From: Bacteroides sp.
GTDB taxonomy: Bacteria > Bacteroidota > Bacteroidia > Bacteroidales > SM23-62
Reading direction: 5' to 3'
Assembly: GCA_030640625.1 (NCBI GenBank)
Contig: DAOWJB010000288.1
Location: 1-61,133 of the forward strand
DNA: 61,133 bases
Part shown: piece after piece, positions 20,601 through 28,680 of the stretch
Layout of the letters: each line of letters begins with the position of its first letter
Numbering within the stretch: position 1 is the first letter of the stretch
The notes under the pieces: model-generated
Told to the model about the DNA's origin: nothing
Seen by the model: only the letters and a program-made list of their open reading frames with translations
Databases searched by the model: none
Made by a program: the position numbers and the translations under genes

Positions 20601-21960
20601 GAGTAATGGCTCTTTACTCCCCGGATACCAGCCTTCAACGAGTATCCTGGGGATGCAGAATTATAACGGTACACTTGCACCGGGCTGGCCTTTTATACTG
20701 GGCTGGCAGGATCCCGCTTTCCCTGAAACAGCCATCAGGAATGATTGGTTATCAAAGGACCCCATGATCAATACTCCCTATATCATGAATCATTCCAATA
20801 CATTTAATATCCGTAGCACTATTGAGCCATTGCCGGGCCTGCGTATTGATCTTACTGCCAACCGGAATTACACGGAAAATATAAATGAATATTATATTGC
20901 TGACGAGTTTGGAAATTTCCCTGACAGTACCAGGAGCCACCAGATGACCGGCAATTTTTCCATGTCGACCATTACACTTGGAACGTCCTTTGAAAAGGTA
21001 TTCAGTTCGGAAAATTTCGCTTCAGCAACCTTTGATCTATTCAAGGATGAATACAGGCCAATAATCTCTGAAAGACTGGCCACTGAACTGGCGATGGGTG
21101 GAGATTATGACATGAAACCCGATACATCCAATCCAAACTACTGGGATGGCTATGGAGCAAACTCACAATCTGTTTTGATCCCTGCCTTCCTGGCAGCCTA
21201 TGCAAAGCAGAATCCCAACAGTGTGAACCTGGAACCCATCCAGGGTATCAGGGATATTTTACCGAACTGGCGTTTGACTTTTGACGGCCTATCCAAAATT
21301 GGATTCATTCAAAAATATTTCCGTTCCATCAATATAAATCATTCGTATCGTTCGTCGTACACAGTGGGGAGTTTTATCTCCAATCCCTTTTACATGACCA
21401 CTGATGCTGGCCTTGTCGATACAATGGCGCGTGATATGAATGGGAATTTCCTGAATTATGCCGATATCGCATCCGTTTCGATCAATGAACAATTCAGTCC
21501 CCTGATCAGTCTTGACATGAACTGGGTGAACAGTATGACTACCCGGTTGGAATTCAAAAAATCCAGGTCACTTAACCTTAGCCTGGCAAACATCCAGTTG
21601 ACAGAGATCTCAAGCAATGAATGGATCATTGGCGCCGGATACCGGTTCACAGGATTGCCCCTGATCTTCAACCTGCCTGGAGGGGGACAAACAGCCATGA
21701 CAAGTGATCTGAATGTACGGGCTGATTTCTCAATAAGGGACAATCGCACCATCATCCGCAAGGTGGTTGAGAATGTTGACCAGATCACAGCCGGACAGCG
21801 GATAGTAAAGATAAATCTCAATTTTGATTATGTACTCAGTGACCGTTTTAATATTCGCCTTTTCTTCGACAGGGTGATAAACAAACCTTTCGTATCCCTG
21901 TCCTATCCTACCGCAAATACAAATGTCGGATTTAGCATCAGGTTTACGCTTGCCCAGTAA
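14605..21960 (+). CDS. sprA: Type IX secretion system outer-membrane translocon SprA (Sov)
   Basis: About 2450-aa ORF with a signal peptide from ATG 14605 (MAVPVIIFTLSAVFSSAVRAQ). Size, beta-rich composition, the ruvA neighbourhood and overall similarity to gliding-motility SprA as I remember it all fit. The track start (14584) is a TTG. Confidence 0.85.
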   Translation: MAVPVIIFTLSAVFSSAVRAQATQDSIDLRYPFREDPDGNISDPGDISPLFLSNPSNIESDIVYDPRTNSYVFSEKVGRFNYRPSRVMSFDEYRTFEMNQATRQYWKQRRGNDNLETQASLIPTINVGGEAFDRVFGNNTINIIPQGYAELIFGFNLSKIDNPTISERLRSTPSFTFEEKIQMNVTGTIGDKMKLGVNYNTEATFEFENKTKLEYTGKEDEIIKKIEAGDVTLPLSGSLIQGSQSLFGLKTELQFGKLTVTSVFSQQKGETSVIDIQGGAQLSEYELNVDEYDANRHFFLAHYYKDNYDRSLASLPVINSGINITKIEVWITNKTSNFENSRNIIGLMDLAEDQRNIYGTDFWSQTPGQVGNNPRNELNTQYQEMTTTYSGIRNINLITSALAPLRPGFKAGQDYEKIENARKLSPREFTLNSKLGYISLNAALNSDEVLAVAYEYTLNGKTFKVGELSSDGVTAPTTLIVKLLKGTNLTPQLPTWELMMKNIYAIGAFQVNPDEFILEILYNDDQTGTTVNYLPEGEIKDQILLRVLNLDNLNDQLDPLPDGRFDFINGITINPGNGRIIFPVLEPFGDHLRKEINDDAIAEKYVFDELYDSTRTVASQIAEKNKFILAGTYKSSSSSEIMLNAMNIPQGSVVVTAGGRQLTENVDYTVDYMVGSVTIINQGLLESGTPIRVSMESTSLFAIQTKTLLGTHLDYRISDDFRLGGTIMNLTERPLTQKVSIGDEPISNTIWGFDGSYRTESQFLTTLVDAIPLISTKEPSNITFTGEFAHLIPGHSKAIQKEGTAYIDDFEGSQTSIDMKNFAAWVYASTPVGRFSEGIDVNDWRYNFNRAKFSYYVIDPLFLRNNSLTPPHIKADPNTQSSHFVEEVFETDIFPNKENPSGVPTNISILNLSFYPQEKGLYNYTTEVDANGSLLNPQQRWGGIMREIMTNDFETANVEFIEFWLMDPFVEDPEHAGGELYFNLGEISEDILRDSRKAFENGLPPSEEVTLVDTTVWGRVPLVQSLVNAFNNDPNSREFQDIGLDGLNDNEERDFFSDYLDSLGLIHGVNSPAYQLAQDDPSQDNYHYFRGTDYDQAEVGILDRYRDYNGHQGNSPTSEQSVEAYPTSGSTLPDVEDINRDNTLNEKESYYEYLVNLRPGSMKVGQNFITDKVTKSSDFPNGTKSTVDWYQFRIPIHSYEVRVGAIRDFKSIRFMRMYLNGFDDPVTLRFARLDLVRGDWRRYQFEITEGGENLSTPEPSDGILDVSAVNIEENAGKTPVNYVLPPGIDRVIDPTNPQLRQLNEQSLLLKVQGLDDGDARAVYKNTSLDIRQYGKLQMEVHAEALEEEILNDDDLVAFIRLGSDYKNNYYEYEVSMKVTPPGFYNNDDGNDRLIVWPTENRFEIVLTIFQDVKQARNDNMRVTSSSIDYNSVFSVIDGKGNKVSVKGNPNLSNIRTIMLGVRNPKAGNNPNEDDGMPKSGEIWLNELRLTDFNENGGWAANARMTVKLADLGTVTLAGNTSKHGFGSIEKKVNERQLEDIYAYNISSNLELGKFFPEKAGVTIPMFIGFSESRINPQYNPLDPDIPLKSALKNAETKVERDSIKRIAQDYTKRSSINLTNVRKQKMQGQPRFYDLANWNVSYAYSASEHRDINTEYDIRNRHRGALNYNFNTRPKNVQPFAKANIFTSPHLRLLKDINFYFYPSRFSFRTDLNRNYAERKIRNLSNPGLRIDTIVSKNFIWNRYYDVQFDLTRALKFDFSATNTSRIDEPEGVLRKGEGDYEEKMDSLWREILTGGRNTRYIHNFNASYTIPINKIPLLNWITSSVRYGANYGWDVGPITADTINLGNTVKNSNNFQLNGQLTMTNLYNKVPYLKDVNNKFRSGFRQPSTEGRTKEVSYTQEGITLRSGRTRSINHKLKTETVTVVFYSEEGQEIEGELVVASENRITFTTDTSAEDYRRARVEITGTIEKGDNPLIIIADYTTRILMGIRNISVTFNQSNGSLLPGYQPSTSILGMQNYNGTLAPGWPFILGWQDPAFPETAIRNDWLSKDPMINTPYIMNHSNTFNIRSTIEPLPGLRIDLTANRNYTENINEYYIADEFGNFPDSTRSHQMTGNFSMSTITLGTSFEKVFSSENFASATFDLFKDEYRPIISERLATELAMGGDYDMKPDTSNPNYWDGYGANSQSVLIPAFLAAYAKQNPNSVNLEPIQGIRDILPNWRLTFDGLSKIGFIQKYFRSININHSYRSSYTVGSFISNPFYMTTDAGLVDTMARDMNGNFLNYADIASVSINEQFSPLISLDMNWVNSMTTRLEFKKSRSLNLSLANIQLTEISSNEWIIGAGYRFTGLPLIFNLPGGGQTAMTSDLNVRADFSIRDNRTIIRKVVENVDQITAGQRIVKINLNFDYVLSDRFNIRLFFDRVINKPFVSLSYPTANTNVGFSIRFTLAQ

Positions 21961-22015
21961 ATTTTTGTTTATAAATTTATCACATTAAACCAATCACGTT
22001 AAAAACATCAACATC

Positions 22016-22396
22016 ATGAACGTACCCGACCATTGTAAATTCACCGACAAACACGAGTGGATCCGCATAGAAGGAGATGAAGCATACATAGGAATAACTG
22101 ATTACGCCCAGGGAGAACTTGGGGATATCGTATATATCGAAATTGAAACAGAAGGAGAAAAACTCACCAAGGGCGAAGCTTTCGGTACCATTGAAGCGGT
22201 TAAAACTGTATCAGACCTGTTCATGCCTCTATCAGGGGAAGTTCTCGAATTTAATGTCAAGCTTGAAGATGAGGCAGAACTTGTAAACAAGGATCCTTAT
22301 GGGGATGGCTGGATGATCAGGATCAGCATCGACAATCCGGCAGAACTGGATGCACTTATGAGTCCCGAACAATACAAGGAATTAATTTCAGCATAA
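22016..22396 (+). CDS. gcvH: Glycine cleavage system H protein
   Basis: 126 aa. Lipoyl-attachment context TIEAVKTVSDLFMP, with ITDYAQGELGDIVY upstream. Confidence 0.92.
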   Translation: MNVPDHCKFTDKHEWIRIEGDEAYIGITDYAQGELGDIVYIEIETEGEKLTKGEAFGTIEAVKTVSDLFMPLSGEVLEFNVKLEDEAELVNKDPYGDGWMIRISIDNPAELDALMSPEQYKELISA

Positions 22397-22399
22397 GAA

Positions 22400-22427
22400 G
22401 AAACCCGGTTTCAAGCCGGTTCTTTTT
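22400..22427 (+). terminator. Intrinsic terminator candidate after gcvH
   Basis: Imperfect hairpin 22400-22408 / 22416-22422 (CCGG core, two single-nt bulges, 7-nt loop), followed by T5 (22423-22427). Confidence 0.4.
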
Positions 22428-22458
22428 ATTTCCATCCGCCCTGAACTTGAAGAGGGTA

Positions 22459-22504
22459 TTAATAAACGCCGCCTATAAATTCTGGTTACTGGCAGAATTT
22501 TCAG
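22459..22504. repeat. Copy 2 of the conserved palindromic intergenic repeat
   Basis: ttaataaacgCCGCCTATAAATtCTGGTTAcTGgCAGaATTTTCAG aligns with 1147-1193 (taataaatataCCGCCTATAAATgCTGGTTAaTGcCAGcATTTTCAG). Stem 22477-22484 / 22493-22500. Confidence 0.6.
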
Positions 22505-22533
22505 CCACATTCAAACTAGGAGAGGACCTCGAA

Positions 22534-25398
22534 CTATAGTTTTTTCAGTACTTCGACTTCCTCGAAAGCCTCAACCATATCTCCTAACTTGATATCATTG
22601 AAATTTGCGATATTCAGACCACATTCATAACCTGAGGCAACTTCTTTGACATCCTCCTTGAATCGCTTTAATGATCCAAGCTCACCGGTATAGACCACAA
22701 TACCTTCACGAATTATACGGATCCTGGAATTGCGGTGGATCTTTCCTTCCTTCACTATACATCCGGCGACTGTACCTACCTTGGTGATCTTGAATATCTC
22801 ATGGATCTCTACGGTTGCTATTATCTCTTCCTTTATTTCAGGCGATAACATCCCTTCCATAGCAGCTTTTACCTCTTCAATTGCATCATAGATCACTGAA
22901 TATAACCGGATATCTATCTCCTCCTTTTCTGCCAGTTTTCTTGCAGCCAGTGATGGGCGGACCTGGAATCCCAGGATAATGGCATTGGATGCAGCGGCCA
23001 GCATAATATCTGCTTCCTTGATCTGTCCGACTGCCTTGTGAATAATATTTACCTGGATCTCTTCGGTTGAAAGTTTGATCAGGGAGTCACTCAGTGCTTC
23101 GATGGAACCATCCACATCCCCTTTGACGATGATATTCAGTTCCTGGAAGTTCCCAATGGCAATCCGGCGGCCAATTTCATCTAGGGTGATATGTTTCTGG
23201 GTGCGTTGATCCTGTTCCCGCTGGAGTTGTTCCCGTTTATTGGCTATTTCTTTGGCTTCCTTGTCGCTCTCCATTACATTGAACCTATCTCCTGCCTGTG
23301 GCGCACCATTCAATCCTAGTATCAGTACCGGCATGGAGGGCCCGGCTTCTACGATCTTCTTCCCACGTTCATTATACATGGCCTTGATATGTCCGAAGTA
23401 AGATCCCGCCAGTACCACATCTCCCATATCCAGCGTTCCGTTTTCGACCAGAACGGTAGACACAAATCCCCTGCCCTTGTCCAGTTCTGATTCTATGACA
23501 GAACCACTGGCTCCCTTATTAGGATTGGCTTTCAACTCTAATAATTCAGCTTCAAGCAATACCTTTTCAAGCAATTCGTCGATGTTGATCCCGTTCTTGG
23601 CTGATATTTCCTGGGATTGATATTTACCTCCCCAATCTTCAACCAGGAAATTCATGTTGGCAAGTGCTTCCTTGATCTTCTCGGGATTGGCTGTGGGTTT
23701 ATCTATTTTATTGATGGCAAACACAATGGGTACTCCTGCGGCCTGTGCATGGTTAATGGCCTCAACTGTCTGGGGCATCACACCATCATCAGCGGCAACC
23801 ACAATAATTACGATATCAGTGGCCTGTGCACCACGGGCCCGCATGGCGGTAAAAGCTTCATGCCCCGGGGTATCCAGGAAAGTAATCTGGCGTCCATCAT
23901 CAAGTCTGACACTGTAAGCACCAATGTGTTGTGTGATTCCTCCCGCCTCACCTGCCACAACGTTGGCACTTCGGACATAGTCAAGCAATTTTGTCTTTCC
24001 ATGGTCAACATGGCCCATGACCGTAACGATCGGGGGTCTTGATTCCAGTTCTTCAGGATCATCAGCATCTTCTGCTATGGCTTCCTGTACCTCAACACTG
24101 ATAAATTCGATCTTGTATCTGAATTCATCTGACACAACGGCTAGTGTTTCAGCATCCAACCGCTGGTTAATGGATACAAACAGACCCAGTTCCATACATT
24201 TGGCAATGACCTCTGTGGCGGGGACATCCATCAGTGAAGCCAACTCCTGTACGGTAACAAACTCTGTGACTTTAATGATGTTACCTTCTTCCTCCAGTTT
24301 AATTGCTTCTTCCTGCAATTTCTGGCTGACTGCATCCCGCTTTTCCCTTCTGTATTTGGCTCCTTTGGATTTACTCCTGTCTGTCAGCCTGGCCAGGGTT
24401 TCCTTGACCTGCTTCTGAACATCTTCCTCACTCACTTCTGGTTTCAGCGGCTTTCTGCGCTTCTTGAGCGGAGGCTTTTTCTGGGTTTTGGATTTATCAG
24501 CAGTTCCCTGGGTCTTTTTCTCACCCAAGTCCACTCTTTCTCTATCCTTTGGGATTCTTTTCCGCTTTTTCTTAAGTGCGGCTTTATCAGCGATTTTCTT
24601 TTCCCGGTCTTCCGCAGGAGGCAGGTCTATCTTCCCCACTACGGACGGACCGGTGATCTTTTTAATTTCAGTTTTTATGAAATTTTCATCCTCAACTTCC
24701 TTTTTCTCAACCTGCTTCGTGATCTCTTCCCCGGCAGCGTCAGCTATTTCAGTGGGTGTTTCAGTTTCCGCTACCTTTTCTTCCGGTTCAGCCTTCCTGG
24801 TTTTTTTCGCAGTACTGGTGGTTTTTTTCTTTGGTGTATCGAGGTCGATCTTTCCAACCACTTTTACATCAACATCAGATTCTTTATCTTCCTTTCCCTT
24901 GGCTGGTTTGTCATCTATTATTGCCGCTTTACCGGTATCGGGAGCTTCTTCTTTTGTGGGTTTTTCGGTGGGTTCTCCTGGGACTTCCTTTTTCTTGCGG
25001 CCCTTGCCACTAACTGAATCCAGATCAACTTTCCCGACTACTTTAATCTCAGGCTCTTCCGCCCGGGGCAGATCTACCTTTGTTGAAACGGATGGGTCCT
25101 TGATAAACACTTCCTCTTCTATATCAACCTGTGAGGGTTTCTGCTGGTCAATATCATTGATGGAGATGGTCTCTTTCTTATCCCTTAAGTTTTTAAGACT
25201 AAGAAGATCAGACTCTTTCTTTACGCTGATGTCTGCACTGTATTCGTCTATCAGGATATCATAGATCTCCTCGGTAATTTTGGTGTTGGGATTTGGATCA
25301 ACCTCATACCCCTTCTTGTTCAGGAACTCCACAATGGTGGAGATCCCGACGTTAAATTCACGCGCAATCTTACTTAATCTTATCCCTTTACCTGCCAT
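22534..25398 (-). CDS. infB: Translation initiation factor IF-2
   Basis: 954 aa. Lys/Glu-rich N-terminal region with three VVGK(I/V)DL repeats. GTPase domain [16 protein letters not shown]...DTPGHEAF...NKIDK. Confidence 0.95.
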   Translation of the reverse strand: MAGKGIRLSKIAREFNVGISTIVEFLNKKGYEVDPNPNTKITEEIYDILIDEYSADISVKKESDLLSLKNLRDKKETISINDIDQQKPSQVDIEEEVFIKDPSVSTKVDLPRAEEPEIKVVGKVDLDSVSGKGRKKKEVPGEPTEKPTKEEAPDTGKAAIIDDKPAKGKEDKESDVDVKVVGKIDLDTPKKKTTSTAKKTRKAEPEEKVAETETPTEIADAAGEEITKQVEKKEVEDENFIKTEIKKITGPSVVGKIDLPPAEDREKKIADKAALKKKRKRIPKDRERVDLGEKKTQGTADKSKTQKKPPLKKRRKPLKPEVSEEDVQKQVKETLARLTDRSKSKGAKYRREKRDAVSQKLQEEAIKLEEEGNIIKVTEFVTVQELASLMDVPATEVIAKCMELGLFVSINQRLDAETLAVVSDEFRYKIEFISVEVQEAIAEDADDPEELESRPPIVTVMGHVDHGKTKLLDYVRSANVVAGEAGGITQHIGAYSVRLDDGRQITFLDTPGHEAFTAMRARGAQATDIVIIVVAADDGVMPQTVEAINHAQAAGVPIVFAINKIDKPTANPEKIKEALANMNFLVEDWGGKYQSQEISAKNGINIDELLEKVLLEAELLELKANPNKGASGSVIESELDKGRGFVSTVLVENGTLDMGDVVLAGSYFGHIKAMYNERGKKIVEAGPSMPVLILGLNGAPQAGDRFNVMESDKEAKEIANKREQLQREQDQRTQKHITLDEIGRRIAIGNFQELNIIVKGDVDGSIEALSDSLIKLSTEEIQVNIIHKAVGQIKEADIMLAAASNAIILGFQVRPSLAARKLAEKEEIDIRLYSVIYDAIEEVKAAMEGMLSPEIKEEIIATVEIHEIFKITKVGTVAGCIVKEGKIHRNSRIRIIREGIVVYTGELGSLKRFKEDVKEVASGYECGLNIANFNDIKLGDMVEAFEEVEVLKKL

Positions 25399-25440
25399 AT
25401 GCTGTTTAATAATCTGCTAATATAAAACTATTCACATAAA

Positions 25441-26679
25441 TTATTCAAATTCTGCCTTTAGAACTTTAATGACTTCCTGGATGGTTTCTTCCTCAAGATC
25501 AGTCCTTTTAACAAGATCCTCTATACTCAGATCCAGCACACTCTTGGCTGTATCGCATCCAATGGCTTTGAGTTCATCGATGATCCAGCTTTCAATTTCA
25601 TCGGCAAATTCTTCCAGGTTGACGTCCTCCTCGTCTTCTGCAATGCCTTCCCTGTAAACATCTATTTCATAGCCTGTTAACTGGCTGGCTAACCGAATAT
25701 TCAGTCCCCCTTTCCCAATGGCCAGTGAAACCTCGGTCGGCTGCAGGTAAACTTCTGCTTCCTTATTATCTTCCTTGATCTTGATGCTGCTGATCTTGGC
25801 CGGACTCAGGGAACGCTGGATAAATAATTGACTATTTGTAGTAAAATTTATAACATCAATATTTTCGTTCTTCAGTTCCCTGACAATGCCATGAATCCGG
25901 GATCCCTTCATGCCCACACAGGCACCCACCGGGTCAATTCTTTCATCATATGATTCAACTGCAACCTTGGCCCGCTCGCCCGGCACCCTTACAATCTTCT
26001 TAATGGTGATCAAACCATCAAAAATCTCAGGTACTTCAAGTTCGAACAGTCGTTCCAGAAATATCGGCGAAGTCCGGGACAGAATGATCAGGGGATTATT
26101 ATTTTTCATCTCAACTTTTATCACAACAGCCCTGATGGTATCTCCCTTTCTGAAATAATCAGAAGGTATTTGTTCAGATTTGGGAAGGATCAGTTCATTG
26201 CCTTCATCATCCAGTACGAGGATTTCCCTCTTCCAGACCTGGTATACCTCACCTGTAACAATTTCTCCTATCCTTTCCTTGTATTTCCCGTAAAGATTGT
26301 TCTTTTCTAGATCCAGTATCCTTGAAGTCAGGTTCTGCCGCAGGGAAAGAATGGCCCTTCGCCCAAAATCTCCCAGCTTTACCTCATCTGTTACTTCTTC
26401 CCCAACCTCGTAATCCTCATCAATTTTCTTGGCTTCTGACAGGGTGATCTGAAGGTTGGGATCCTCCAGATTATCGTCCTCAACCACTTCCCTGTTCCTC
26501 CATATCTCAAAGTCGCCTTTATCAATATTGATGATGACGTCAAAATTCTCATCCGTTTCGAATCTTTTAACCAGTAATCCCCGGAAAACGTCTTCAAGAA
26601 CCGTCATCATGGTAGCCCGGTCGATATTCTTCAATTCCTTGAATTCTGAGAATGTGTCAATCAAATTAACCGTTTCCAT
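25441..26679 (-). CDS. nusA: Transcription termination/antitermination factor NusA
   Basis: I placed the start at Met29 of the track ORF (METVNLIDTF...), giving 412 aa and removing the overlap with rimP. S1 and KH regions are present (GEIVTGEVYQV..., PVGACVGMKGSRI, AIGKGGLNIRLA). Confidence 0.9.
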   Translation of the reverse strand: METVNLIDTFSEFKELKNIDRATMMTVLEDVFRGLLVKRFETDENFDVIINIDKGDFEIWRNREVVEDDNLEDPNLQITLSEAKKIDEDYEVGEEVTDEVKLGDFGRRAILSLRQNLTSRILDLEKNNLYGKYKERIGEIVTGEVYQVWKREILVLDDEGNELILPKSEQIPSDYFRKGDTIRAVVIKVEMKNNNPLIILSRTSPIFLERLFELEVPEIFDGLITIKKIVRVPGERAKVAVESYDERIDPVGACVGMKGSRIHGIVRELKNENIDVINFTTNSQLFIQRSLSPAKISSIKIKEDNKEAEVYLQPTEVSLAIGKGGLNIRLASQLTGYEIDVYREGIAEDEEDVNLEEFADEIESWIIDELKAIGCDTAKSVLDLSIEDLVKRTDLEEETIQEVIKVLKAEFE

Positions 26680-26710
26680 TTTTGCATTTGTATTTATTTG
26701 TTCTTCTTCC

Positions 26711-27160
26711 CTAAAATTGAATGCTAGCCCTGACGGATTTAATTTCCAAAAAAAGCAGTTCATATAGTAGCTGATCCTTCTGCTGGCCCTTCTTGGACTT
26801 TTTCATTTCAAGCACAATACCATTTTTATCTATCTCTTTCAGGATCCCCTCCAACTTATCACCATCCTTTTTAACCACGGAGATTTTTCGGCCAACATAC
26901 TTGTGATACTGTTCAATTACCCTGAACGGAGCATCCAGTCCGGGTGATGAAACCTCCAGGGCAAAGTCCTCATTGTCACGATCCAGTTTCTCTTCAAGCT
27001 CCCTGCTTACAAGGACACAGTCGTCAATACTGATCCCTTCCTGTTTGTCAATAAGAACAACAATCTTATTGTTATTATCTACTTTCACCCCTACCAGGAA
27101 AATATCCTTTCCGGTCAAAATCCCTGCCAAATGATGCTCAATAATATGTTGATCCGTCAT
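26711..27160 (-). CDS. rimP: Ribosome maturation factor RimP
   Basis: 149 aa, immediately upstream of nusA-infB in the conserved operon order. LEVSSPGLDAPF motif. Confidence 0.85.
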   Translation of the reverse strand: MTDQHIIEHHLAGILTGKDIFLVGVKVDNNNKIVVLIDKQEGISIDDCVLVSRELEEKLDRDNEDFALEVSSPGLDAPFRVIEQYHKYVGRKISVVKKDGDKLEGILKEIDKNGIVLEMKKSKKGQQKDQLLYELLFLEIKSVRASIQF

Positions 27161-27173
27161 GCTATTTCAATAA

Positions 27174-27197
27174 AATAGGGGACTCCCGTCCCCTATT
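27174..27197 (-). promoter_or_regulatory. Terminator-like hairpin in the rimP-nusA-infB leader (candidate attenuator)
   Basis: aataggggac (27174-27183) pairs with gtcccctatt (27188-27197), a perfect 10-bp stem with a 4-nt loop. On the minus strand it is followed by UUUAUU, and the rimP AUG lies 13 nt after the stem. Confidence 0.5.
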
Positions 27198-27217
27198 GCA
27201 AATGTCATATCCGGCGG

Positions 27218-27248
27218 CAAAAATATAAAAAATTGGCAACAATACAAA
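27218..27248 (-). promoter_or_regulatory. Candidate Bacteroidota promoter (TTTG-N19-TAnnTTTG) for rimP-nusA-infB
   Basis: On the minus strand, TTTG (27248-27245) is followed by a 19-nt spacer and TATTTTTG (27225-27218). The predicted transcription start is upstream of the leader hairpin. Confidence 0.45.
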
Positions 27249-27355
27249 AAATTTGGCCAGAAGCAGGCTTGAGTCAGATTGTTGCCTCGGATTTATCATA
27301 CGGATTAGAGGGTTACAATTTAATTGATTAACTTTTCGTTTTCTATAATTTACCT

Positions 27356-28648
27356 GTGTGTCCAGCTAATACCAATAAGAAAAAAATCATTAACGATCCG
27401 GTATACGGATTTATCAATATCTCCTTTGAGAGCCTATTTGATCTGATCGAGCATCCATATTTTCAGAGACTTAGAAGAATCAAACAGCTGGGCCTGACAA
27501 ATTTTGTCTACCCCGGTGCCACACATACCCGTTTTCAGCATGCCCTGGGATCTTTGCACCTGATGAGCATGGCCATCCAGGTACTTCGTTCAAAAGAAGT
27601 GGAAATTACCATGGATGAAGAGGAGGCTGCCCTTTCTGCTATTCTGTTACACGATATCGGTCATGGACCATTTTCCCATGCCCTGGAAGAAAGCATTGTC
27701 CCGGGTATAAATCATGAAGAATTATCTCTCCTGTTCATGCATGCCCTGAACATGAAATTCAATGGCGGGCTTGACCTGGCCATTCAAATATTTACCGGGC
27801 GCTATCCCAAACAATTCCTGCATCAACTGATCACCGGCCAGCTGGATATGGACCGCCTGGATTATCTGAAACGTGACAGTTTCTTCACCGGAGTTACCGA
27901 AGGTGTGATTGGTTCAGACCGCATTGTCAGGATGCTGAATGTGGTGAATGATCAATTGGTCGTTGACCATAAGGGTATTTATTCTATTGAAAAGTTCCTG
28001 ATCGCAAGGCGTTTGATGTACTGGCAGGTGTACCTGCACAAGGCCGTTCTTTCTTCTGAGTTATTGCTGGAAAACATACTGAAAAGAGCCAGAGAGCTGG
28101 CCGGACAGGGAGAAGAATTGTTTTGTACACCTTCCCTGCATTATTTCCTTTTCCAGCCCGTTTCAGGGACTGATTTTTTCGGTGGACAGAAGCTGGAAAG
28201 CAATACGAAAATTCCAGCAAATATCATTAATAATCTGGAAAAGTTTGCGGGATTGGACGATAGTGACATCATGGCATCGGCCAAAGTATGGACGGATCAC
28301 CCGGACCAGGTGTTGTCCATTCTATGTACAAAACTCAAGAACAGGGAACTGTCACGAATCGAGATCCGGGATGAACCTTTCCCTGATGAATACATCACTG
28401 CTATCAAGCAAAGCGTCAAACAGCAGCACCGCCTGCGTAATGAGGATATCAAGTACCTCGTTCATGCCGGTACCATAAGCAATAATGCCTATAGTTCGGA
28501 AGACGAACAAATCCAGATTTTGTACCATGACGGGAACCTGAAGGATATTTCCACAGCCTCGGACATGCTTGATATTGCAGTGCTGTCTAAAACTGTAAGA
28601 AAATATTTTTTGTATTATCCAAAAGATGCATTAGGGAGTAGTATTTAA
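27356..28648 (+). CDS. HD-domain phosphohydrolase (dNTP triphosphohydrolase-like)
   Basis: KKIINDPVYGFI N-terminus, HTRFQHALGS, LLHDIGHGPFSH, DMDRLDYLKRD. GTG start at 27356; there is no in-frame ATG upstream of the conserved N-terminus. Confidence 0.8.
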   Translation: MCPANTNKKKIINDPVYGFINISFESLFDLIEHPYFQRLRRIKQLGLTNFVYPGATHTRFQHALGSLHLMSMAIQVLRSKEVEITMDEEEAALSAILLHDIGHGPFSHALEESIVPGINHEELSLLFMHALNMKFNGGLDLAIQIFTGRYPKQFLHQLITGQLDMDRLDYLKRDSFFTGVTEGVIGSDRIVRMLNVVNDQLVVDHKGIYSIEKFLIARRLMYWQVYLHKAVLSSELLLENILKRARELAGQGEELFCTPSLHYFLFQPVSGTDFFGGQKLESNTKIPANIINNLEKFAGLDDSDIMASAKVWTDHPDQVLSILCTKLKNRELSRIEIRDEPFPDEYITAIKQSVKQQHRLRNEDIKYLVHAGTISNNAYSSEDEQIQILYHDGNLKDISTASDMLDIAVLSKTVRKYFLYYPKDALGSSI

Positions 28649-28653
28649 TTATT

Positions 28654-28661
28654 TACTTTTG
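28654..28661 (+). promoter_or_regulatory. Candidate -7 box (TAnnTTTG) for the lpxD cluster
   Basis: tacttttg lies 19 nt upstream of ATG 28681. Confidence 0.4.
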
Positions 28662-28680
28662 TGACCAAATTTAAATCTTA

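Noticed and set aside
24464-25264. 266-aa plus-strand ORF, Ser/Phe-rich, antisense to the infB 5' region (also 24017..24418 and 23617..24042).
   Set aside because: It is the mirror image of the Lys/Glu-rich, AAG/GAA-repetitive IF-2 N-terminal region. Its composition is low-complexity and it contains no motif. It lies fully inside a confidently identified gene.
22534-25398. Three VVGK(I/V)DL repeats in the IF-2 N-terminal region, considered as a possible novel repeat.
   Set aside because: The IF-2 N-terminal domains are known to be variable, repetitive and charged. This looks like ordinary lineage-specific IF-2 architecture.
26680-26763. 28-codon N-terminal extension of nusA (MNCFFWKLNPSGLAFNFREEEQINTNAK), which overlaps the rimP 3' end.
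   Set aside because: The conserved NusA N-terminus starts at METVNLID (26679). The extension overlaps rimP coding sequence in another frame and has no NusA-like sequence.
27198-27355. Possible tRNA (a metY-like initiator tRNA as in E. coli) or small RNA upstream of rimP.
   Set aside because: The region is AT-rich and has no acceptor or T-arm features (no GTTCGAATC-like box). It is better explained as a divergent promoter region.
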